Source: Psilocybe cubensis (Eukaryota). Taken from it: a stretch of DNA of 64,000 nucleotides. The position numbers and the translations under genes are program-made. The stretch is from assembly GCA_017499595.2 (NCBI GenBank), contig CM038999.1, forward strand, positions 2,232,001 through 2,296,000, in the 5' to 3' direction. A model generated the notes under the pieces. It worked only from the letters and a program-made list of their open reading frames with translations. It ran no database searches and was not told where the DNA came from. Positions 22,726-34,369 of this stretch are shown here, one piece after another (positions within the stretch are counted from its first letter, which is position 1; each line of letters starts with the position of its first letter).

Positions 22726-25700
22726 GTTAGGGCCACCTTGGTAAAATCCTTCAGGTTGTAGCATGTAAATTTCCTCGTCTAGGTCACCTTTAGTGAAAGC
22801 AGCTGTAATATCAACAGAGCGCAACTTCAAGTCTCCAATGGCGGCCAGAGCCACAATCAAGCGGAAAGTAGCAGGGCGGAAAGTAGGAGCAAAGACCTCA
22901 TGGTAATCAATGCCAGGGCACTGACTGTAGCCCTTGGCAACAATACAAGCCTTGTAGCGCTCTATACTGCCATCTGCATTTCGCTTGATTTTAAAGACCC
23001 AACCACAGCCAAATTGCCTTTTGACCCGGAGGGAGCTCAACTCGCTCCCAAGTTTGATTGTGCTGCAACAGATTGAATTCTGTGTTAGCAGCCTCTTCCC
23101 ACATGTGCGCATCAGGCGCTTTCATTGCCTGTTTAAATGTGCGCGGATCTGCGCTTGAAACAAGCCCAGCAAACTCCACCTCTTCAAATCTAGGATCATT
23201 GGCTTCAGGTGGTTCAGGATCATGTGAGACCTTCCACCATTCACCAGGCTGCTTAGGAACGCGAGTAGTGCGTCTCAACGTTGCAGGATCAACTGGAGCA
23301 CGCTGGCGGCGTGCAGGCTTAGGAAGAGGTGCAGGAACGGCCTCAGGCTGTGGTGGTTCAGCTGGCTGTTCAGGAGGCGCAATAGGCACTTCTGGCTCAA
23401 TGACAGGACTTGGAGTAGAGTCATCCTCATTATCATCAAAATTGAAGCCATTAGATTCCCCCCCTGAATTGGGAGGTGGTGCACTTGCAGAAGAAGTGGG
23501 AAGAAGGTCAAACTTTGGCATAGGGCCAGTGGACACCCCAGGGAAGCACCTTTCGTCGAAATCAGCTCTCTCAGAGATAATGAACCTTTTGGTGAGTGGG
23601 TTGTAAAACTTCCAGCCCTTGTACCCAGTATGATACCCAACAAAGATACACTTCTCCATATGAGGCTGCAACGATTTGCGCTTATCTCCCTGAACATAAA
23701 CATATGCAAGACAACCCCAAACCCTCAAATGACTAACATCAGGTTTGCGCTTGTTCCAGCTTTCATACAGAGTCTTGTCCGGTAGAGGAGCTGTAGGAAC
23801 ACGATTCCATACATGCATGTATGCTGCAACACAGCGACCCCAAAACAAAGGTGGAACACGAGCCTCATTGAGCATGGAAGTAACATGTTCTGCCATGGTG
23901 CGATTTGCACGCTCTGCAACTCCGTTTTGTTGTGGGCGATTTCGCGTTGTATGACGACGCTCAATGCCACACTGGTCAGTGAATTTGATGAAAGCATTTG
24001 ACATGTATTCACCAGCTTTGTCATCCTGCAGCGCTTTGATCTTAAAGCCTAATTTGTTCTCAGCCCATGCTTTGTACGTTTGAAACGCACTGAATGCATC
24101 GCTTTTGCGCTTAAGAAGCACAGCAGCTCTACTCTTTGTATGGTCATCAATAAAGGTTATCCAGTAGCGATAGCCTTCAGGAGTAGGGGGCGAGATAGGA
24201 CCAGATTAGCATCAATGGTGATTTTGAAGCCTTTGTGCTTTGTGAGGTATAGAACAGACAGTAGATTGTTTCGGAGATCTGGTACATGTAAAACTCTAGT
24301 TAACTCGACGCCTCTTGACTTTATTCCATTTACAACTGGTTCAAAGAACACAGTGCCCACCCCTGCAGAATAAATAACTCGTTCATCTGCTAATCGGATT
24401 GGAATGCGAAGGGGGGTGTAATTTCTAACCCAATTGCGATGGGGCGTCATATGAGAAGTCGCCCCTGTGTCTGCAATCCAATCGTCATTAGTTTGGGGTG
24501 AAATGGAAGAGGGAACATTGGTATTAAGAGCACTTGCATTTCCAGCAAATTCCATGTCCTTGGACTCTTTTTCCTCACTGGATGCCTCTGAGGCCTTGTG
24601 CGCTCTGTTGCCTTTGCGAGCCGCTTTGACACGCTCCTTCGCATCCTTTTGCGCAGCAATGAACTTGTGACACTTGTCCATTGTATGATTGGTCATATCA
24701 CAAAATGCGCACTTGGGCTTGGATGCAGAAGGGGCTGGAGCGGTCTGGAACGTGGTGGCAAGTGCAGGCAACTCCGAAGCGCGGCGACGTCGCTGTATGT
24801 CCTCTGTGACAAAGGCTTGATGAATTGTAGCCTTGTCCAACTTGTCCAAAAGGAGAAGTGAGGATGCAAATGAACTGTACTCTTCTGGGAGTGCCCTGAC
24901 CAAAGCAAGCGAAGCAAGCTCTTTATCAAGCTTAGCCAGATCAAACCCCTTAGGGCGAAGCTGCTGAATTAGCAACATGGCTTGCTCAACCCTATTGATC
25001 AGGGTTTGAAGGTTTTCACCTTCCTCCTTTCGGATTGAGAACAGATCATCATATGCATTAAAGCGGTTGCCAGGGCGCTTTTGCTGATGTACAGCGGCGA
25101 GGGCATCCCACATCTTGATAGGATCATCCTTGATGGCTTCCACATGAACCCTTTGATCATTCTCCAAACTGAGATAGATCAAACCACATGCTTTGTCCCT
25201 CTGCTCAAAGTAGGTTTCAAGCAAAGCTTCCTCCTGAGCAGTAGGCTTGTCTGAGAGCGTTGGCTGTGCTCTAGCACCGCTGACAATGCGCCATATCCCT
25301 TTAGACTGGAGATAGGCGGTCATCTGGCCTGCCCAGGTGTTGTAGTTGGTTGAGTTCAATGGAGTGATTTGGGAATCAGAAGTCATTATTGCAAATTGCG
25401 AAAGAACGCGTAAGCGGATGGATATGAGTGTTGGTAGCAATGTGTAAGGATGTGTAATGATGTGTGGAAACAAACTAGGCGTTACCCGGAGCTCGGGGTG
25501 CAATGCAAATGCAAGTTGAAAAGACAAAGTTAAACTAGCCTAATTTAAAAGGGTTACTTTTAACTAGAAATAACTCGGGGATTAGGCGATGGGGGCCTGC
25601 TCAACCGAGGTTAACAAGTTGCGTAAGGCGTGCTTGTTCAACCATACTAGCAGCGGTAATGTATGGCCGGGCCTGGTAGAGGATAAAAAGCAAAAAATAC

Positions 25701-26147
25701 TAAAATGACCGTTTTGTGAAAACTATGCAGAAAGCAACCTGGTTCGCAAAACACGGAATTGGAGCGCTTAGAGCGCGGGGCCCATAACCTGTTGAAGCAG
25801 GCTACTTGGCAACCTAGTTATACAACGTAGGGCGCAGGAATAAGCAACCACGAAGCATCTGAAGTCCGAAGTGAGTAACTGAGTGAATTGAGCAAAGTGC
25901 TAACAAACTAACCTGAAGTCCGAAGTGAGTAACTGGGGACTTTAGGATGTAAACTAGAGTGACTATATACTGTGTAGACTCAAATACTCTGGTCTACCTA
26001 GGTCTACTCTGGTCCGGTCCAGACCAGTCTATGGACTGATAAATATCATGTGTCTAGAATGGTCTGAAGAACAAATGAAGATAAGAAGAAAGTAATCTAA
26101 TCTGATAAGATAGCAAAGTGAGGGAGACATAGAGAGCAGTTTTAACA
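22726..26147 (-). mobile_element. Antisense copia copy of the same family (5' LTR 25790-26147, PBS, gag-PR, truncated IN, start of RT), interrupted by the array
   Basis: ORFs 24157..25527, 22991..24121 and 22720..23112 on the minus strand. The LTR has an approximately 20-bp deletion. RT stops at QGGPN exactly at the array LTR end. Confidence 0.95.
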
Positions 26148-26753
26148 ATATCAAGGATATACTGACGCTGATGCAAGGAAATGGTTTTAGCAGCCATATC
26201 TCGCTCAATGGCAACACCAAGTAAATACTGTGTAGGACCCAGATCACGGAGTTCAAAACGCGCAGCTAGCTGCTTAACAGCTCTGTCTATGGCGGCGTCC
26301 GATTTGGAGGCAAAGGTGATGTCATCAATGTAAATGGGAACAATAATCTTCACATCTCCATCTGAATAGATGTAGACAGAGCGATCTGATTCTATACGCT
26401 TGAACCCCATATCTGACAATGCCTCATGCAACTTGAGGTTCCATTGACGTGCAGACTGTTTAAGACTATAGAGCGACTTTTTGAGTTTCAAAACCATGTT
26501 AGGACCACCTTGGTGAAATCCTTCAGGTTGTAACATGTAAATCTCCTCGTCAAGGTCACCTTTAGTGAAAGCAGCTGTAATATCAACAGAGCGCAACTTC
26601 AAGTCTCCAATGGCGGCCAGAGCCACAATCAAGCGGAAAGTAGCAGGGCGGAAAGTAGGAGCAAAGACCTCATGGTAATCAATGCCAGGGCGCTGACTAT
26701 AGCCTTTGGCAACAATACGAGCCTTGTAGCGCTCTATACTGCCATCTGCATTT
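26148..26753 (-). mobile_element. RT fragment of a third copia copy, target of the 22726-26147 element
   Basis: NADGSIERYKARIVAKG...YIDDI...HQRQYILD runs directly into LTR TGTTAAAAC on the minus strand. Confidence 0.92.
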
Positions 26754-27249
26754 ATACAAGAGGTAGGAGGAAAGGTAGAGTGCATATTCAAGTTCAATAG
26801 GCTTTACTGCTATAATTAAGCTAAAACTTAGCATGTACTCCATTTAACATAAATAAAAAATAATGGCATGGTCAAAGGAGTGCATACTGACCTCTGGAAG
26901 ATACTATTCAAGGTGTGCTTTTTGACCAAAACATCATATGCTTAATTGTGCAATATTAAGTACAGATATTGCAATTTTGATTTCAGATTTGGATTGGAGA
27001 ATATTAAAACTATAAGTCTATCAAAAAATACCTAAAAACATGGTCAAGAAATGCTCCCAAAAGCGCTCAATCTATTGCCAGCAATACACAAAAGTAGCAT
27101 AGAATAAGCACTATTTATAAAGCCAAGGAAAGGAGTAGAAACAGAGCTTTGATGTTATATTTATCAAATTTAAATTGTATCTAGACTGAGTTTCCAAGCT
27201 ATAAATAGGCTTTATTAATCAGTCTGATAAGCCTGATTAGATATATTAT

Positions 27250-27580
27250 TGAAATGATTGCCTGGAATGAAATCAGAGCAGTATTAAAATGATTTTTTTT
27301 AATGAAATTAGAGCAGATATTAAAATAATTACATATAATGAAATCAGAGCATGTATTGAAATCATTGATTGCAATAAAATCAAAGTAGTATTAAAAAATG
27401 GTTTTTTGTAATGAAATTACAGTATATATTGAAATGCTCTATAACACTAATGAAATGCCTTTACTTAATGAAATCAGTATAGAGATATGAAATAAAATCT
27501 CTAATACATGTTTCATTAAACTTAGTTGGGTGAGAAAAGAAATCATTTCATTATTTCAAGAGTAAAATTACAAACGGCCC
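27250..27580. repeat. AT-rich dispersed AATGAAAT(C/T)AG repeats ending in a possible DNA-transposon terminus
   Basis: About 8 AATGAAAT-like copies; the minus strand at 27580 begins GGGCCGTTTGTAATTTT. Confidence 0.4.
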
Positions 27581-27660
27581 TATAACTAGTTATCCTAAAA
27601 GTAATGATATAGGTAGTAGCTACTAGTGCATTGATAGCAAGTTCTCATTTATAAGATACC

Positions 27661-28185
27661 ACAAAATGGCACACAAACTCAATTGAGCACAGACCAGCAT
27701 GCTAATACAACTGCGCACTGGGCACGCTCCATTAAACTTACACATCAGCAAATTCGACCCTAAATTCAATAAATATTGCCCCAAATGCTATAAACAATGT
27801 GCAAGTAAAAAAGCCATAGAAACGGTTAAACATTTTCTATTTGAATGCAGGACATACAATACACTACAATAAGAAATATGGGAAAAACTAAAAAGGCCAA
27901 TCACTACTCTAGAAAAACTGACTATGAACCTAAAAAATGCAAAAGCCCTGATCAAATATGTAGCAAGAATGAAGCAATTAAAGATATACAAGAAAGATAT
28001 ACTCACAAAAGAACTAGAAAAAGAGGTGGAAAAATAAATGGCACAAAACAATCCAACACAAATCATCAAAAGATGCATAATATGGACGAGGAATGGGTAG
28101 AAAGAGATTAAGAAAGACAATATAGGCCTAAGAATAGAGGTGCTGGAGGAGCTTCCCTATGCACCAGCCCCACTTTTAAGAAAAC
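27661..28185 (+). mobile_element. 3' end of a LINE ORF2 (C-terminal CCHC region) and tail
   Basis: Translates LIQLRTGHAPLNLH...CPKC...ETVKHFLFEC, typical of the Tad1-like ORF2 C-terminus. Confidence 0.8.
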
Positions 28186-28489
28186 AGGTAAAACATAGGT
28201 GTGTGTGTGTTTGAATGTTGATATAGCATATATAATTCTGACATTTGCTTTAGCTTTTACTACAAAAATGCTAAAAGAAACCATGTTAATAGGTGGAGTA
28301 TACATGTAGATGACAATAGCAATCCTTTGCCATTAATTAACGAGCCTGATGTGGCAGATAAGGCATAGGTACAGTAGTCTAGCTAGAACTCATGGTATAT
28401 CTGCTAAATGAAATTAAATGTCCATTATATGCTTTTATCTATATTCATATTGCTTGAGTATACTAATATTAAACCACTCCTTGAACTGC

Positions 28490-31400
28490 AACCACTACCT
28501 TCAAGAAAATTCTCACACACCTAGAGCATAAGAACTGATCTGCTAAAAGAAAAATAGCATTTGAGTAGAGTAATAAACACATAAATGCACTTATAAACAC
28601 CCAAAAAGCACCCACACTAATTAAAACTATCAAATAAATGTCAACACCAGCACAGCTCATGCCAGGAAGACACCCATGGGAAACCTGCCTACCCTAAGTC
28701 AAATGGACCAGACAATGAGAGATTACATGACAAGAAGCAAAGGAACGGTTGTAAACAAAGAGCTATAGCAGATACAAGACACCAATAGAGGTCGAGCAAT
28801 GCTTAAGAACAAGCAGCTCTTTGTGCCACCTAGCCAAAGTATGATGGGATACTGGGCCGCCACTTACCTGTTCCAAATATCCCAAATGTTGAACAAAATC
28901 CCTACTAGTCATCCAGGCCATGTGAGGTCTTGCTTTTATGCTAGAAAATATGGAGCTTCCACTAGCAACACAGACGTATCACAATGGCTTTGGTGAAGAA
29001 CTGGCAATGTTTACAAACAAGATAAAATCCCTAGTTCAGCATGCACAAGAGAAGGTAGACCTAAAATTAGAAAAGATTAATAAGGCCATAGCAGATTTTA
29101 TCAAATTGGCAGCAACCATCAAATCTATCCAGGCCCTAAGTCCTAACAATGCATACAGTCAAGCTCTCATAAAGGGCCAATTCACCTTCAGTCAGGTACT
29201 TGTCCAGTCAAACATAGCGACAAACCCTAGGATGCTAGCAAGGCACAGCATACGGGCTAGACAGACAATGCTGGAAGGACTAGATAAGGACTCCAAGATT
29301 AGCACAATAAGAAATAGGGAAGAAAAGGATGCCATCAACAAGATATTGCTCAAGCTTGAGCTGGAAGGCTCAGTGCGCATACAGTCAGCAATCAAGCAAC
29401 ACAAGAGAGGCCTCCTCATTGGATTTGACACAGATTATGGAGCCGCGTGGATCCGAGTCAAGGATAATTGAAAAATCCTATGCAAACAAGTTGGGGATAA
29501 TGTCACCATCAAAAAGCAAACATACAAGCTTATTGCAATGAGTATACCTCTGACAGCCAAACCTGACAATAAAAACTTTGTGAAGAAAGTAGAAGAGGTC
29601 AATAGAGTGGAGGAGGAAACAATAGTTTCCATGCGCTGGGCCAAGAAAGTGTCATGTTAAGCGGTAGGTTAGAAGAGCACACATGTAATACTCACCATGA
29701 ACAATGCTTTTAAGGCCAACAGGATGATTGCCATCAGTTTGTATATGGCAAACAAAAGGATAAAGGTATAGAAATGTAAAGCTGACACCATTAGATGCCT
29801 AAAATGCCAGGGCTACAATCATTTTGCAAAGAAATGCACATTAAAACATAATATCTGTGGCCACTGTGGGGAAAAAGGTGGACATAGGATATTAGACTGC
29901 AAAAAGACAACAACGCACTGCGTTTTTTGCAATGTGGACGACTACCCAAGCTATAATAGAAACTGCCCCACGTTCAAAAAGAAGATTGTGGAGAAAGACA
30001 AATGTACCCCAGAGAACAAACTGCCTTTTATCCCAACTGATGAACTGTGGACCTAGAGCATGGACATGAGCGTGGTGCTGACAACTTTCCAAAAGAAAGG
30101 CTTTGCTAGAGGCCAATCTCTTCATTGGACAATTGAGCTACAGGCCAGCAATTGGAAAAACCTTTCCAAGACCCCCAAGCAGAGCCCAGAACCTGAATCT
30201 ATGTCAAAAATTACCATGCTAAAACCAACAGCAAACAAGGAGGTTAATAAAAACAATGATAACTAAACCAGATGAGTGATCCAATCTTGCATAAGCAGGC
30301 AGACTCTCAGATTAGAATTCTGCAGATCAATCTAAACAAATTGGAAGTAACACACATGGAGATGCTGAATGGCAACCTCAACAAGTGATATGACATCATC
30401 TTACTATAAGAACCACACATTATGCACTTCAAAAATATTTGTACAAACAACAGTCTCTGCCAGATCTATCCAAGCAACAGAGATGTGTCAATAGTCCAAT
30501 CCGGCATCTAGATCAATAAAAGACTAAACACAAACAAGTGGAGCAAGATATTTTCTTCAATAACAAACAATATGACGGTAGTGCGAGTATAATGCAAATG
30601 AGGCAACATATTCATCTTTAATCTATACAACTCGGGACACGACGATATCAACGTGAATTTTAAGTTCATCTAGGTTTCACTAGATAGTCAAATATTGGGT
30701 TATTCCAATTGTTCAATGGATTTAAGGTTTTAATCAATTTGGTGTATTTTCCACAAGTTTCCTCAAGTGCAAATAGAGGCAGATATATGTGGGAATATTA
30801 GAAATGTGTTTTAAAGAAGTTAATCTGAAAAGAATATTTGTTAGCAATTTATGTGTTTGAGTTACACACCTAAAGCTTAGTGTTTAGAGTGGTAATTTGA
30901 CGGGCGGTTAGACTGTTGGATGAAATTGACAGATAGCACTAACAGATGGAACTGATTGACGGATTGGATGGACAGACAGTGGTTAGACTGAACTGACTAA
31001 AGGTTTAAACAAGCTGATTGCTTTAGAAAGAAATACTGAATTTAAAGTGATTCAATACTCTTTATAACAGACAAGCAGAGTTTAGATAGTATAAGTATAT
31101 TGCAAGAAATAACTAGCAATTACAGGGTTTGAGCAAGTTTAGGGGTGCTATTGAAAAGGGAAACTTAGCTACTGCCCAAAAATTTCTGAGCCTTTATATA
31201 CCTTTTCCTATGCTTACATAATCACAATAGCAATTTCTATATAGAGATAGGCTGACTAAACTCTAAACTCATTACTAATTCATTTCTATTGTTCTGGCTA
31301 CTTTTGGCAGAGCGAGTAAGCGTTGGATGGTGGTTTATAAGTGTTTTTAGATATCAGATGCTATGCACTACCTAACCGACAAAGTCAAGAATGCATAGAG

Positions 31401-32335
31401 GCAAGGCAAAGTGGTATCTATTTTGTTTTTGGACGGGGAGGGAGCCTTCTCCAATGCCGTCACCAACAGTCTAATCCACAACCTTAAAAAATGAAAAATA
31501 CCAAGAAAATACGTTAAATCCATAAAAAACCTACTCAGAAATAAAAAATAAATTTGAAATTTGACAACTTTGTATTGGCACTGATAGAAATTGACAATAG
31601 GATAGGGCAAGGTGACATCTTTTCTATGATTCTCTACATAATCTACAATACAGACCTGTTGGAAATTGTTGACCAGGAGGACAACAAAGACACCATTGGC
31701 TATGTGGACAACATGACAATCATTGCAATTGGAGACATGATGGACAAGACCAATAAACTAAGCATGATCATAAATAATGAGAGGAGCGCCCAGACATGGA
31801 GCAAAGATCACAACTTAATATTCGAAATATCCAAGTTGGCAATAATGCATATAGGCCCAAGAGACCCAAACACACTGGAGCACCCTAGGCTGGAGGTCAA
31901 AGGAAAGCTAGTAAAACAGGTGACACACTTCTGTTGTCTAAGATTCCAAGTTGATTGCTGCCTGCAGTAGAAAGTACACCTACAGAAGGCTACAGAAAAG
32001 ACATCCAAGTGGGTTTCAAACCTCCAATGGCTATCCAAACCAAGCACAGGAATCTAGTCAAGGCTGATGTGTCAGCTGTACATAGCAATAGTTATCCCGA
32101 GACTTACTTATAGAATAGATGTCTGGTACATTCCTCCAACTAAGCCAACAGGATACAAAAAAAACACAGGCTTAGTAGCAGCACTACAACAAATGGCAAG
32201 AATACAAAGGCAGGCAACCTTAGTAATCTTAAGTGCAATGCACTCAATGCTGACGGAGATATTGGATGCCTATGTGAGCATTCTACCTCTCAAACTGACG
32301 CAAATCAACACACAACATATTTTCAGCACAAGGCC
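28490..32335 (+). mobile_element. Decayed Tad1-like LINE copy 1 (ORF1 with three Cys/His knuckles, APE start, RT fragment), with an internal insertion and deletion
   Basis: RCLKCQGYNHFAKKC at about 29790; IRILQINLNK at about 30310; FLDGEGAF, GQGD.FSMILYIIY and YVDN at 31420-31715; many stops. Confidence 0.85.
30631..31356 (-). mobile_element. Probable truncated LTR element (putative LTR 31048-31356 plus leader) inside LINE copy 1
   Basis: Non-LINE sequence between the APE and RT fragments; TGAT...ATCA bounded 309-bp segment with GGTATATAAAGG on the minus strand; no TSD recoverable. Confidence 0.4.
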
Positions 32336-34369
32336 AACCTTTGGATACCCAATGGATATTTTGCATTATTCATAACATCATTAAAAAGGTTCATGGAAGG
32401 AAGTTTGTATTGAGATGGTGCAAATATAACAATGCTACGCAAGCTATGGCTCCTGGTCTTGATCCTAAACATGTGTTCAACTTCATGCTACAAAATGTTG
32501 ATAACTTTTTGACCTGCTGGCTGGGCTTATTAAAGCTTACACTAGAATTCCACATGAGCATTTTTGCAATATAGATGAGAAGAGTGTGCAACTTAGGGGA
32601 GGACAAAAGAGTGGTAATTGAAAGTTTTTATTTCCAGAATTTCTTGACCCAAATACCATTACCATGTCCAAAACATCAATTTGGAGTTAATTACTGTGAT
32701 TGAGCACATTTTGGCTGCTAAGATAATTCTGTTCTTTCATTGTTTGTTATTAAGAGTGAAGAAAAGTTTCCAAATTCCAACTTAATTGAATATGAGTGTG
32801 GCAGGTATGTGTATTTTTCAATAAAATGGGTAGTTCAGTTCTAATACATATATAGTATCCATACTTTAGATAGACAAATAATGAAACAGGTCTTACATGG
32901 TTTAAAGAAACTTTTTTACTATATGCCATGTCAAAAAGGGTAGACAAAAAAAAACAATTGTTCTAATTATGGATGGCTATAAATCTCACAAGTCCTCTGT
33001 GATTATTTTATGTTTTCTATTGAAATATACACACAAAATGCAGCCTTTGGATGCAGTTGCCTTTGGTCTTGTCTAGCAAAATTGGAAAACACATGTTGAT
33101 CAATGCACAACCAAAAGATACAAACTTAACTGATATATGGTTACCAACAAATACATCAAAATTTGCTCCAAATTAGTAACTTTTGATCTAATCAAGACAT
33201 TCTTCAAAAAACTGGCATCTATCCATTTAATTAGAACATTTTTACTAGCAATAACTTTGGACCAAGTTTGGCCTATGCAAATCAAGCTTCTATTAGACCT
33301 ACTTTTCCCAATAAAGTTCTTACTTCCAATTTTGCAATACCTATGGATGCTAGCAGTGAAAATAACAATTCAAATAATTCTAATTGGGTTAAAGACTATC
33401 CTAGACTATTTAACGATATAAATTCCATGTCTGGTTGGATAATTATTAATATGTCAGACTTGGATTCAAAAGACCCAACTATTGTAACAACTCAATCTCA
33501 ATATCATTAATTCTTCCTGTAAAAAAGGCATGCAATTGGGACAGTGTTATTTCTCTTGTTAAAGATGAAGCAAAGTCACGAACAGAACTTATTGAAGAAC
33601 TTTGCCATCTTTGCTCTGGCATTTATCTTTTTACCAACATAGTAATTTACCTCAATGCTCAATTTACAGCATCAAATGCATACTGCACAATTGCAAAATG
33701 ACATTTCTGAGCAGCTTTACAATGCCATTATGAAAAAATCTTGGACTATAAGAATAAATAAAAGTGCCTAATTTGTTACACATTCTCAATTTCAATAGCA
33801 ATAGGTAGCACATAAACCAAACTGTAAAAATATAACCATTTTGAGTAGCAGAAATAGCTTGAAAAAAAATGCAAGGCTATTATATGTGAAGGTTGAATCT
33901 CAACATGCATATCATAGGCATTATTCAGTAAATCAATTGCATCCTATAAAATTTGTCTCAAAGAAGAACTACAAACTCTTTCACAGGCACTTTCTATCTT
34001 AGACATGGGCACTAAAGATGAGATATTTTTACATATTAAAAATTTTATTAACTTTTATCCCAAGCTAGAAGAAAACCCTCAATTTGAAGCTTTATTTTCT
34101 ACTAGTGGTAATTGTTATCCCAAAGTTATATCCACACACATTTCCATATAGCTTTTACCTTTACTGCAACCTTTTTATGCTATTCCAACATATTTGAGCT
34201 CATCTTATGAACCTTTTTCTTTGACTACAGCTTCCTATACAGTTGGAAACATTGGTTACCATGATATTAGCATACTATCTACTTTACCATATCCAGGATT
34301 ATATACCCCTAGTACTAGCTCTGCTATTCATTTTTACTATATGCCATCCAGGGATTGCTTTTTGATCTG

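Noticed and set aside
28135-28185. Stem-loop or ribozyme at the LINE 3' end
   Set aside because: Only a short GGTGC/GCACC pairing; too weak to call.
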